From Ktedonobacterales bacterium (GTDB lineage Bacteria; Chloroflexota; Ktedonobacteria; Ktedonobacterales; Ktedonobacteraceae), in NCBI GenBank assembly GCA_038209195.1, contig JBBQXY010000002.1, forward strand, positions 9,606-73,605: 64,000 bases of DNA, given 5' to 3'. Shown here piece by piece: positions 24,264-33,482 of the stretch (position 1 is its first letter; each line of letters starts with the position of its first letter). The notes beneath the pieces are model-generated. The model was not told where the DNA came from. It worked only from the letters and a program-made list of their open reading frames with translations, and searched no databases. The translations under genes and the position numbers were made by a program.

Positions 24264-26096
24264 ATGGGTTTCATTATGGATGGCCTCGATGCCGAAACAT
24301 ATGATCGCAGCTATGATGATCGCCAGTTGGTCGCTCGTATTATTCGCTACTTTCGACCGCAATTGACGGTTATGCTCTTCGTCGCGGTCCTCGTCGTGCT
24401 AAACTCGCTGATGGATACCGCTTTCCCCATCTTAATTGCCCATAGCCTGGATACGCTAGCTGCCGCCCAGACCGTCCAGACCATTAGTTTGCTGGTGGGC
24501 ACCATCCTGGTAACAGGGGTGCTTTCGTGGATATTCAACTTCTTGCGCCAACGCAATACCGCCCGTGCCGTGGGTAATGTCGTGCTGAATCTACAACAAG
24601 ACGCGTTCGCCGCCATCGTCGCCCGCGACATGTCCTTTTATGACGAGTATCCTTCCGGTAAGATTGTAAGCCGAGTAACATCGGACACCGAGAATTTCGC
24701 GACAGTCGTCACACTTACGCTGAACCTGCTGAGCCAATTATTGCTGTTCTTCCTGATCGCCGCCGTCCTGTTCTATATCAACGCACGACTAGCTCTATTG
24801 GCACTGACCATCACGCCCGCCATCGTAGTCATCGCGCTGGGTTTCCGCTGGATTGCGCGCCGTGCCACACAACGTTCGCAACGCTCCCTGGCTCGAGTCA
24901 ATGCCAACGTGCAAGAGGCCATTAGCGGTATCACCGTTGCCAAGAACTTTCGCCAAGAACAGAATATGTACGACGCGTTCAAGAAGGTCAATGAGCAGTC
25001 GTACCATGTCAATGTGCGTTCAGGCTTTGTCTACAACGGCGTCTTCCCGCTGCTCTTCCTCGTGGCTAACATCGGCACCACCATCGTAGTCTACTTTGGC
25101 GGCCTCAACGTGCTCGATCACAGCATTACCGCCGGCGACTGGTTCCTCTTCGTACAGAGTATTGGTATCCTCTGGTTTCCACTGACGAGTATTGCCTCCT
25201 TCTGGAGCCAGTTTCAACTGGGGCTTTCCGCCAGTGAACGTGTCTTTGCCTTGATCGACGCGGAACCGCGTGTGCAACAAATCGATAATCAAGCGGTACC
25301 ACACTTAGCGGGACGCATCGAATTCAAAGATATGTTTTTCCAGTACACCGAGCAGCAGACCGTCCTCGCTGGCTTCAATCTAACGATCAAGGCTGGCGAA
25401 ACTATCGCGCTGGTGGGTCACACTGGCGCAGGGAAATCGAGCCTGGGGCGGCTGGTAGCTCGTTTCTACGAGTTTCAAGGAGGGCAGTTATTGATTGATG
25501 GACACGATATCCGCACCTTTGATCTGAGTGCCTATCACCGTCAATTGGGCATTGTGCCACAGTCACCTTTCCTCTTCTCCGGTACAGTAGCCGACAACAT
25601 TCGCTATGCCCATCCAGCCGCGAGTGATGAAGAGGTGGCAGCCGTGGCACAGCGCATCGGCTATGGCGATTGGTTAGAGGCGTTGCCTGATGGGCTGCAA
25701 ACTGAGGTTGGCGAAGAAGGGAAAGCGTTGTCAATGGGCCAAAGACAACTGGTCGCGCTGGCAAGGGTGCTACTGCAAGACCCATCCATTATCATCCTGG
25801 ACGAGGCCACTGCTAGTGTTGACCCTTTGACCGAGGCGCAAATTCAAGAAGGGTTGGACTTGGTGCTGCAAGATCGCACCGCCATTCTGATCGCCCACCG
25901 TCTCTCGACTATTCGCCATGCCGACCGCATCATCGTCCTGGATCGTGGAAAAACCGTTGAAGAGGGCAGCCACGATGCCTTAATGGTGCAAGGTGGACAT
26001 TACGCTCATCTCTACAACACCTACTTTCGCCATCAATCGCCCGACTATCAGCCCGGTCAGGGATTCGTCCCGGTCCGTATCGCTTTAGCCGAATAA
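24264..26096 (+). CDS. ABC exporter, fused permease/ATPase (half-transporter 2)
   Basis: It has Walker A (GHTGAGKSS), the signature (LSMGQRQL) and Walker B (IIILDEAT). A GAAGGAGA RBS lies upstream. The gap from the previous gene is 27 nt. Confidence 0.9.
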   Translation: MGFIMDGLDAETYDRSYDDRQLVARIIRYFRPQLTVMLFVAVLVVLNSLMDTAFPILIAHSLDTLAAAQTVQTISLLVGTILVTGVLSWIFNFLRQRNTARAVGNVVLNLQQDAFAAIVARDMSFYDEYPSGKIVSRVTSDTENFATVVTLTLNLLSQLLLFFLIAAVLFYINARLALLALTITPAIVVIALGFRWIARRATQRSQRSLARVNANVQEAISGITVAKNFRQEQNMYDAFKKVNEQSYHVNVRSGFVYNGVFPLLFLVANIGTTIVVYFGGLNVLDHSITAGDWFLFVQSIGILWFPLTSIASFWSQFQLGLSASERVFALIDAEPRVQQIDNQAVPHLAGRIEFKDMFFQYTEQQTVLAGFNLTIKAGETIALVGHTGAGKSSLGRLVARFYEFQGGQLLIDGHDIRTFDLSAYHRQLGIVPQSPFLFSGTVADNIRYAHPAASDEEVAAVAQRIGYGDWLEALPDGLQTEVGEEGKALSMGQRQLVALARVLLQDPSIIILDEATASVDPLTEAQIQEGLDLVLQDRTAILIAHRLSTIRHADRIIVLDRGKTVEEGSHDALMVQGGHYAHLYNTYFRHQSPDYQPGQGFVPVRIALAE

Positions 26097-26204
26097 TTCC
26101 TATGCTCGTTGACTCTTGACAACTCACCTTTGCTGTCCTACACTCCAAAGAGAACGCGTTAGTATTTGCCTTGGCAGGTGAGAGGAAAAAGGAAAGCAAG
26201 CTCC

Positions 26205-26942
26205 ATGTCACAACGTATTACAGAAGAAGCCGACAACACCGAGCATTCGCACACGACCGAAGCCGATTTTGCCCAATTGCCACAACTCCCACCAGGTGTA
26301 TTTATCCCCGCGCCCAGTGCTACGCCACGGCGAAAAACGCGCTGGCCCGATGCCATCGACGTCATTTTCGAGAAAGACCCGGCCTGCCGTAATATCTTCG
26401 AGGCACTCCTCTATCAGAGCCTGTGGGCCATCTTCTACCACCGCATCGCCCACGCACTCTATACAGCGCACATTCCCTTCTTGCCACGCTTCATCTCCCA
26501 ATTCGCCCGTCTGATGACCAGCGGCATCGAAATTCATCCGGGAGCACAGATTGGCAAACGGTTCTTTATCGACCACGGTGCCGGTATCGTCATCGGCGAA
26601 ACCGCCGTCATTGGCGATAATGTCATGCTGTATCACCAAGTTACGCTGGGGGCAACAGGATGGTGGCGGCGCGGCCCCAGTCGCCTTCAGAAACGCCATC
26701 CCACCATTGAGAGCGATGTAACCATCGGCGTGGGAGCGGCAATCCTTGGCCCTATCACCATCGGTCGAGGTAGCAAGATTGGTGCAATGGCGCTGGTACT
26801 GGAATCGGTACCCCCCAATTCTGTGGTCGCCTCAAAACCTGCCGAATTGCTGGTCAAGAGCGGCGAGATGCTCGAAAAGCACGAGGAACTCACGCAGGGC
26901 TGGAATGGCAAAGACCCATGGGAAATGGATTATCAGATTTAG
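26205..26942 (+). CDS. cysE: serine O-acetyltransferase
   Basis: The hexapeptide-repeat core is IEIHPGAQIGKRFFIDHGAGIVIGETAVIGDNVMLYHQVTLG. I placed the start at ATG 26205 after a purine-rich RBS. The ORF track starts at 26166. Confidence 0.85.
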   Translation: MSQRITEEADNTEHSHTTEADFAQLPQLPPGVFIPAPSATPRRKTRWPDAIDVIFEKDPACRNIFEALLYQSLWAIFYHRIAHALYTAHIPFLPRFISQFARLMTSGIEIHPGAQIGKRFFIDHGAGIVIGETAVIGDNVMLYHQVTLGATGWWRRGPSRLQKRHPTIESDVTIGVGAAILGPITIGRGSKIGAMALVLESVPPNSVVASKPAELLVKSGEMLEKHEELTQGWNGKDPWEMDYQI

Positions 26943-27892
26943 TCATAGGTCAACAGTGTCTCAATTACCATATCCCAGAAGCGCGGCACGTCCAATGCAT
27001 AGCCCACGCGTGCGTTGGGCTGCTTGCCCCAGCGTCCATACACATCGCAGACAGTGCGTCCTGTTGTCCACTCCCCCATCGTCTCGATCTCGACATGTGC
27101 CATGTGAGCATGAAGTAGTGTCGGATCAATGACGGCAGCGACCGCGCAGGGATCATGTACCGGAGGAGCTGGAAAACCAAAGACATTACGATACGTATCC
27201 CCAAAGAAGAGCAACAAATCAGCGGCGAAGTTCGCCACCACGCGCTGAGTAGAGCGCAAACGACCAATCACTTCCTCTGTTGCCAAGGCTTGATGCGTCA
27301 CCTCCAAGGGCGACATTGTAATCGGTCGCCCACAGCCGAAGACAATCGCTGCCGCCTCCGGGTCTGCCCAGATATTAAACTCACTGGCTGGCTCACGATT
27401 GCCCAGGCCTATCGCGCCGCCCATCAATGAAATAGCTTGAATCTTGGGAAGGATAGCCGGTTCGCTGCGTATCGCCGTGGCGATATTCGTCAGCGGCCCC
27501 GTGGGGACGAGCGTAATATCACCTTCTGAATGCAGAAGAAGCTCAATCAGCAGGTCAACGGCGTGTTGGGACACAGGCTCGATATCCGGCTCCGGCACAT
27601 TCGGCCCATCCATACCCGATTCGCCGTGAATATGGGGATCATGTCGTGCTGGACGAATCATTGGACGATCCAATCCCCGTGCCACCGGGACATCACGGAT
27701 ATTCGCCAACGCACAGATCTTCAGCGCATTCAGCGTTGTCTTATCAACCGATTGATTGCCCGCCACCGTTGTGACCGCCAGCAACTCAATCTCTGGGTGA
27801 TGGGCTGCTAATAACAAAGCAATAGCATCGTCATGTCCGGGGTCGCAGTCGAGGATAATTTTATGTTTCACGCCGTTGCACCTCTCAACCAT
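26939..27892 (-). CDS. inosine/uridine-preferring nucleoside hydrolase family protein
   Basis: The N-terminal motif is DCDPGHDDAIALLLA. The stop codon overlaps the convergent cysE stop (TTTAG). Confidence 0.9.
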   Translation of the reverse strand: MVERCNGVKHKIILDCDPGHDDAIALLLAAHHPEIELLAVTTVAGNQSVDKTTLNALKICALANIRDVPVARGLDRPMIRPARHDPHIHGESGMDGPNVPEPDIEPVSQHAVDLLIELLLHSEGDITLVPTGPLTNIATAIRSEPAILPKIQAISLMGGAIGLGNREPASEFNIWADPEAAAIVFGCGRPITMSPLEVTHQALATEEVIGRLRSTQRVVANFAADLLLFFGDTYRNVFGFPAPPVHDPCAVAAVIDPTLLHAHMAHVEIETMGEWTTGRTVCDVYGRWGKQPNARVGYALDVPRFWDMVIETLLTYD

Positions 27893-27894
27893 CT

Positions 27895-29892
27895 TTAACT
27901 GTTTTTGCTAGTATCGGGTGTTAGACGCAGGAGGCGGTTGAGCCACTTGCGTGGGGCGACAGGTGGACTGGGCTGACTTTCTGGTAATGGCTTATGCTCA
28001 TACTCGATGTTACCATGACCATTCGAGGACGGCACGGTATTGTTGCTGTGAAGCGGTGTTGTCGGTTGTCGCTCCTCGTCATCGTTGTCGTCACTGTTCA
28101 AACCAGGCTGTGGTGATAGCCAGTTCCGATGATTATCGAAGGTCTCTTCACTTCGAATAGGTTCGTGCGGGTTAGGTAGATCGGCAGGAGGCAGATTGCC
28201 AGAAATCATGGGTGGTTGACGCAAGATTTGGTCGCGCCGCATGGGCTGCGTCTCCTGCTGTTCCAGAGCAAGGCGGTTCTCCACTTCTTTCAGGAGGCGT
28301 TCGATTTCGGGGCGCAAGGCGCGATTCGGTTCTGGAATACGTGTCCATTGGACTAAAGCCGCCGGAAAGTAGCCAGCGCGATAGCAGAAAAGGCCGAGCA
28401 TAGAGCGTGCATCATAAATGTTCATGCGTTGCCAGAGTGCCAACTCTTCGGCAGGAGTCTCAATGACATCTTCACTGGCCTCGATGATTTCTACGCGGTG
28501 GTAGAGGCGTAAGCCCATCAGTTGATAGGGAAAGCCATAGAAGAGAGCGAGTCGACGGCGGCGTGTGCGCTCAGCCGGATGTTTTCCGACGAAGTAGCGT
28601 CGTGTCCAGGAGCCGCTAGACCAGACAAGCCAGGCCAATATCAGCACCAGAATACGACCAAAGTAGCGTTCCCACGTTTCAGGAGCCAAGCCGACCATGA
28701 CGCCAAGGGTGGCAAACGTAGCTCCCAAGGCCCAAGCAGCGTAAACCAGCCGACGGCGGTCCCAACCGATAAGGTCAAAGTGGTGGTGCAATGGAGTGGC
28801 CAGAAATGGGAGCGGGAACTCGGTATGATGGATATGGGTGGACGTGCTGGCGAAACGCAGCATTTGTAAGCGCTGACGAAAGAGTGGCGTCAAGGCTTTG
28901 GCTGAAATGAGCGCGGAGAGGCCCTCTAACACGAAGGCAGCACCAATCATCAGGAGCAGGGTTTCCTGGCGGGAAAAAATGGCGATCATGGCTAGGATAC
29001 CGCCCAAGCCCAGTGCGCCACTATCCCCCATGTAGATCATGGCGCGTCTGCGAGCTGTACCACGCCGCGCAGCCCAAGCAGAAGGCCAGTTCCACGGCAG
29101 ATAGCCAAGCACACTGCTGGCACAAAGTAGGGACATGACTTCCAGGACAATGCCTTCAGGGTTTTTCAGGTTTCCGGTAATGATGATGCCGAAGGCGAGG
29201 GCGGAACTAAAAACCAGTCCACCCGCCAGCCCATCAAGTCCATCGCTGAAATCTACTGAGAGGGCAGTCAAGCTACCGATGACGCTGGTAATTAACATCA
29301 GCAGGATGAGCCAGAGAAAGTATGCCAATTGTCCAAAGTGGGCCACTTTGGGACAAATTGGGAGTCCTGAATGAGGCATAGGACAAAGCAACTGACCAAT
29401 AATAGGTAAGTCAGTATACGGTGAATAGGAGAGCCCCCCGCTGCTGGGCAGGAGGAAGAAATAGAGTAGCGCGGCGATGATCGAGATCGCGAATAAACCA
29501 CCGAATTTTGCGCGCTGTGAAATGCCTTCTTTACTATAGACTTTGTGCCAGTCATCAATAAAACCAACGGAGGTATAGCCAATGGTCGCGCCAAGGCTAA
29601 TCAAGAACAAGACCCATTGATCATAGGTAAACCTGAGCAGGAAGCCAGCCACAACGCCAACCACGGTAAGAGCCAGCACAAAGGCTGGGCCACCGACTAA
29701 CGGTAGTTCTATCGTTTTAATCTCTCGTCCACTGGCAGGAAGGTCCGAGCGAAGATCGGAGCGATGTGGGCCGGGCTTAAATTCACCGCTACGGAAGCGT
29801 GGAAACAGCGTTTTGGCAGCCAGACAGAATAGCGTGCTCAAGATCGCACAGCTTATAAAGATAAGGAATAACCAAAGTAGAACCATATACAC
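27895..29892 (-). CDS. mraY: phospho-N-acetylmuramoyl-pentapeptide transferase (MraY) with ~250-aa C-terminal extension
   Basis: MraY landmarks are VGFIDDWHKV, MGDSGALGLGG and TPLHHHFDLIGWDRRRLV. The protein is 665 aa, whereas MraY is typically ~320-360 aa. The tail is hydrophilic and Pro/Asp/Glu-rich. Confidence 0.85.
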   Translation of the reverse strand: MYMVLLWLFLIFISCAILSTLFCLAAKTLFPRFRSGEFKPGPHRSDLRSDLPASGREIKTIELPLVGGPAFVLALTVVGVVAGFLLRFTYDQWVLFLISLGATIGYTSVGFIDDWHKVYSKEGISQRAKFGGLFAISIIAALLYFFLLPSSGGLSYSPYTDLPIIGQLLCPMPHSGLPICPKVAHFGQLAYFLWLILLMLITSVIGSLTALSVDFSDGLDGLAGGLVFSSALAFGIIITGNLKNPEGIVLEVMSLLCASSVLGYLPWNWPSAWAARRGTARRRAMIYMGDSGALGLGGILAMIAIFSRQETLLLMIGAAFVLEGLSALISAKALTPLFRQRLQMLRFASTSTHIHHTEFPLPFLATPLHHHFDLIGWDRRRLVYAAWALGATFATLGVMVGLAPETWERYFGRILVLILAWLVWSSGSWTRRYFVGKHPAERTRRRRLALFYGFPYQLMGLRLYHRVEIIEASEDVIETPAEELALWQRMNIYDARSMLGLFCYRAGYFPAALVQWTRIPEPNRALRPEIERLLKEVENRLALEQQETQPMRRDQILRQPPMISGNLPPADLPNPHEPIRSEETFDNHRNWLSPQPGLNSDDNDDEERQPTTPLHSNNTVPSSNGHGNIEYEHKPLPESQPSPPVAPRKWLNRLLRLTPDTSKNS

Positions 29893-29951
29893 TCCCCAAG
29901 ACGAAAAGACAACCTAAACGCTTCACTTGTTGAAACGCTGAAAAAGGAGTA

Positions 29952-31520
29952 TCAGTAACGTTCTTGTTTATATCCTAATTTACCTAGTTCTTTCCGCGCT
30001 ACAGTGCGATCATCCCAAGGTAATTTTTCTCTTCCAATAATAATACTCTGTTCGTGGCCCTTCCCGGCCAGAAGAACCGTATCGCCTGGTTGGGCATGAG
30101 AAAATGCGGCGGCTATGGCTTGTGTGCGGTCGGCAAGGCAGAGAAAATCACGTCCTTCACGTTTTCCCATATCTCTCGCTCCTTGTGCAATCGCGCGCAA
30201 AATGCTTTCACGATCTTCTTCTCGTGGGTCCTCATCAGTAATAACGAAAAATTCTGTCATTTGTGCAGCAATACGTCCCATGATAGGACGTTTCTGCACA
30301 TCACGCTCACCGGCAGAGCCAAAAACGAGCAGCAGTTTCCCGCTAGTTAGAGGCCGCAAGGTTGCCAGTACTTTTTCCAGACTATCGGGTGTGTGGGCAT
30401 AATCAACGATGACGGTAAACGGCTGTCCCGCTACAATATTCTCCATACGACCTGTCACGCCCGTTACCTTGGCCAGGCCACGAGCAATAGCGGCGGGTTG
30501 GACTCCCTGGCTGTACGTTGCTGCAATAGCCGCTAAGCAATTGCTGATATTAAAGCTCCCCACAAGTTGTGTCTCAATGTGCAACTCACTCGTGGGAAAG
30601 ATCACGCGGAAACTAGTGCTATGGGCGCGTAGCCTTATATCGACGGCACGTACAGCAGCAGCAGGGTCAATACCGTAGTCAAGAATTGGGACACGGCAAT
30701 AGGGCAGCAAGACATTAAAACTGACATCGTCGCGGTTCAGAACGGCAATAGGACGCGTAGCTATGTCTTTTTCAGAGGTGGGATCAAGCATTTCAAAGAG
30801 TCGTGCCTTGGCCCGGCGGTAATTTTCGATGGTACCGTGAAAATCCAGATGTTCATGGGTGATATTTGTGACAACGCCAACATCAAAATGGCAGCCGCGC
30901 ACACGCTGCAATGCCAGCCCATGCGAAGTTGCCTCTACAATGGCGTGGGTGACACCAGCATCAAGCATGCGGCGCAGGAATTGCTGTACTTCTAAGGCTT
31001 CGAGTGTACTTTGCCGTGTCGCGTTCTCCCATTCCTGACCGGATATTTTGAAATTGGCGGTCGTCATAAGCCCTGTCGGGAAGCCCGCTGTTTCTAGGAT
31101 GGTGCTGATGAGGTTGCTGGTGGTAGTTTTGCCGTCGGTGCCAGTAACGCCGAACGTACAGAGATGTGCGCTGGGGTCGCCATAAAAAGTGCAGGCGAGA
31201 TTTGCCAAAGCAATTCTTACATCTTCTACCTCTATATAGGGAAGTGGTAGCAAGGTACGTGCAGAGCCTTCCAGAGGAGCACCGAGGGCGGCAAATGCTC
31301 CGCGTTGGGCGGCATCTTGTAGAAAGCGACGCCCATCGGTATGATCGCCAGGCACAGCAATGAATAAACCACCTGGCTGCACCTTGCGCGAATCATAAGC
31401 CAACGAAGTGATCTCGCCCTCCTCGTCGAAGACATTACCACGCTCGCTCTTCTCAGATAGAGCAGAAAAGACGTTGATAGGAGGTTGTTCTAACGCGGAT
31501 AGTAATGTCTTTACTTGCAT
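29952..31520 (-). CDS. murE: UDP-N-acetylmuramoyl-L-alanyl-D-glutamate--2,6-diaminopimelate ligase
   Basis: The Mur ligase P-loop is GVTGTDGKTT. A DEDPR motif sits at the position of the DNPR motif of DAP-adding MurE. The protein is 522 aa. Confidence 0.9.
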   Translation of the reverse strand: MQVKTLLSALEQPPINVFSALSEKSERGNVFDEEGEITSLAYDSRKVQPGGLFIAVPGDHTDGRRFLQDAAQRGAFAALGAPLEGSARTLLPLPYIEVEDVRIALANLACTFYGDPSAHLCTFGVTGTDGKTTTSNLISTILETAGFPTGLMTTANFKISGQEWENATRQSTLEALEVQQFLRRMLDAGVTHAIVEATSHGLALQRVRGCHFDVGVVTNITHEHLDFHGTIENYRRAKARLFEMLDPTSEKDIATRPIAVLNRDDVSFNVLLPYCRVPILDYGIDPAAAVRAVDIRLRAHSTSFRVIFPTSELHIETQLVGSFNISNCLAAIAATYSQGVQPAAIARGLAKVTGVTGRMENIVAGQPFTVIVDYAHTPDSLEKVLATLRPLTSGKLLLVFGSAGERDVQKRPIMGRIAAQMTEFFVITDEDPREEDRESILRAIAQGARDMGKREGRDFLCLADRTQAIAAAFSHAQPGDTVLLAGKGHEQSIIIGREKLPWDDRTVARKELGKLGYKQERY

Positions 31521-31556
31521 TTTGAGTATCTCTTACATTAGGGTTTGAGCAGAACG

Positions 31557-32600
31557 TTAATAGAAGATGGTTGGTGTACGGTGATATGGTTTCATTTCAG
31601 TCGAATGTTGTCCCAAAGACCAGAGACGCAAATCAATTTGAGCGGAGGTGAAAGGGTGCCCGTCGTGCGTCATTGCACGGCGTAACAGTTCACAGGCCCA
31701 AACAGTGGCGGCTCGCAGCTCTACCTCTTCCTCGGAACCCGCTTCGATTATTTCCTGCTTGTCGATGCGTTGTGCCAAGGAGGGATGATACTCTAGAATA
31801 CCATATTGACGAAGTACTTGTGGCAGTTTGTAATCGGCAAAGACGGTGAGCTGATCGATATCGGGGTATGCGCCCCAACTTTGCCCACGAAACGCATGAT
31901 GAAGATCGGCTACACAGATTTGAGCGCGTTTCAAGAAACGCACTTTACGAGTACGATAGAGTGCCACATCATTAAACGAAGGGAAATGTTTTGCCAGAAG
32001 CAAAGCCAATTTTACGGCACTACCCTCTGCCTGTTCTATGGCGTTCGTAAACTGACCATCATACTGCTCTAACAGTACGCGTCCAACCTGATGTATATTC
32101 TGTAGCCGTTGCTCAAAGAGCGGGATGGTTTGTTCGCCACGAAAAATAGCGGTCAGGGCTTCAGCACTGATCGTGCTGAGATAGTGTGCATTCCAGATGG
32201 GAATATCTTCTTCTACCGCACGTCTGAGTGCTGCTGCCTCAGCCAGGTAGCCGTTGAGAAGCTCACCCTTGTAGTCGATACGCCAACGGGGCTGATCTTT
32301 CTCGCTCCAAAAACAGAAATTCATGGCATCGAGCACGAGCACCCAGTTTACAGTGCGCTCACTTCCATCGAAGAAATGGTAGCTGTCATATGCTGACGTG
32401 GGAACAACGGTAGTAGCCGCACTATCCTGTTGTAGCCATTGCTGCGCCAAATCAGCGACACCGTCCTCATTGATCCAGACGTGTTCACCCACCTCCACGA
32501 CGCTTTGTGTGCTACTCAATACACCTAACAAATCAATACCTTGCAGGTGGTAGGGACCACTATCGTCTGCCGCGTCGTGATTTTGTAGGAAATCTATCAT
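31557..32600 (-). CDS. queuosine salvage protein family (DUF2419/QNG1-like)
   Basis: Family-typical segments are VLDAMNFCFWSE and VFADYKLPQVLRQYGIL. I placed the start at ATG 32600 with AAGGA upstream. The ORF-track extension to 32735 runs into the repeat element. Confidence 0.7.
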   Translation of the reverse strand: MIDFLQNHDAADDSGPYHLQGIDLLGVLSSTQSVVEVGEHVWINEDGVADLAQQWLQQDSAATTVVPTSAYDSYHFFDGSERTVNWVLVLDAMNFCFWSEKDQPRWRIDYKGELLNGYLAEAAALRRAVEEDIPIWNAHYLSTISAEALTAIFRGEQTIPLFEQRLQNIHQVGRVLLEQYDGQFTNAIEQAEGSAVKLALLLAKHFPSFNDVALYRTRKVRFLKRAQICVADLHHAFRGQSWGAYPDIDQLTVFADYKLPQVLRQYGILEYHPSLAQRIDKQEIIEAGSEEEVELRAATVWACELLRRAMTHDGHPFTSAQIDLRLWSLGQHSTEMKPYHRTPTIFY

Positions 32601-32677
32601 CTCACATCCTTCTCGGTTTGCAATTTCCTTGATTCTACAGGTATTGCTAGCTTTCGTCAATGTTCTGCCTGCATTCA

Positions 32678-32840
32678 CAGACGTTTGGAGATAAGACTGC
32701 TCGTGAGCGGACTGATGTGGTATTTTGCTTGTCATTCTGAGCGCAGCGAAGAATCTCGCGTGGCCGGAGATTCTTCGCTGCGCTCAGAATGACAGGGGGT
32801 GATGAGAAACGGTCACGTGCGTTTGAACCTTGCCTTAGCA
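32678..32840 (+). repeat. miniature repeat, GTCATTCTGAG superfamily (composite copy)
   Basis: cagacgtttggagataagactgctcgtgagcggactga matches 21372-21409. A 63-nt hairpin spans 32731-32793 (gtcattctgagcgcagcgaagaatctc...gagattcttcgctgcgctcagaatgac). The right part matches the reverse complement of 13838-13876. Confidence 0.8.
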
Positions 32841-32995
32841 CGGACTGAGGAGTAGTGTGACCATTCCCGGCGCCATCCATGAGCGTTATAAAGGAAATAT
32901 AGCTAAAGTCATATACTTCTTTTATAACACTTGATAACGATCTTAAGCTTTTTTACCGAGATACTCTGTGAAATCTGTTAGATGGCTCTTGCTTT

Positions 32996-33023
32996 TTGTA
33001 AGCTTATCTTGTATCATTATAGT
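32996..33023 (+). promoter_or_regulatory. sigma-70-like promoter candidate upstream of the precursor-peptide gene
   Basis: TTGTAA (32996-33001), a 16-nt spacer, then TATAGT (33018-33023). This would give a ~230-nt leader, so the call is weak. Confidence 0.3.
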
Positions 33024-33260
33024 ATTCTCACGTAATGAGTGCGAAACATACTCAGTTACTCTAAACCCTTTATTGTATAGTGTATCCTATATAGTGCAAT
33101 CCGCGGTGAAGCCTACTCCTGGCATGTCCTCCCGGTACAATGAACCTCAAAACATAGGTTGGCCTCTTGCGACCTTCATGAGTTTCAAGAATTGAGACCA
33201 GCAGGAAAACATGTATTTTCTGCCTCTAAGCGTAAGCAAAAAGAAAGGTAACATTCCCGA

Positions 33261-33482
33261 ATGGAAGAGCAGCAAATTCGAGATTTTGTGTACCGCGTTT
33301 CTCATGATGAGAAACTGCGCAGCGAACTGACCAGCAGCCCTGATGACGTGTTGGGGCGCGAGAGCTTTTCCCCCCGCGTGGCAGAGATTGTACGAAAGCT
33401 AGTCCCACACCTTGCTTTCAACACCGAGTTTGCGACACCTTCTTCCTGGTGGAAAATTTACACGTCTGCCATAGATGGATGA
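33261..33482 (+). CDS. candidate RiPP/pheromone precursor peptide (Nif11-like leader, Trp-Trp core)
   Basis: It is 73 aa. The N-terminus (MEEQQIRDFVYRVSHDEKLRSELTSS) resembles Nif11-type leaders. The C-terminus is FNTEFATPSSWWKIYTSAIDG. The stop overlaps the next start by 8 nt (ATGGATGA). Confidence 0.65.
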   Translation: MEEQQIRDFVYRVSHDEKLRSELTSSPDDVLGRESFSPRVAEIVRKLVPHLAFNTEFATPSSWWKIYTSAIDG

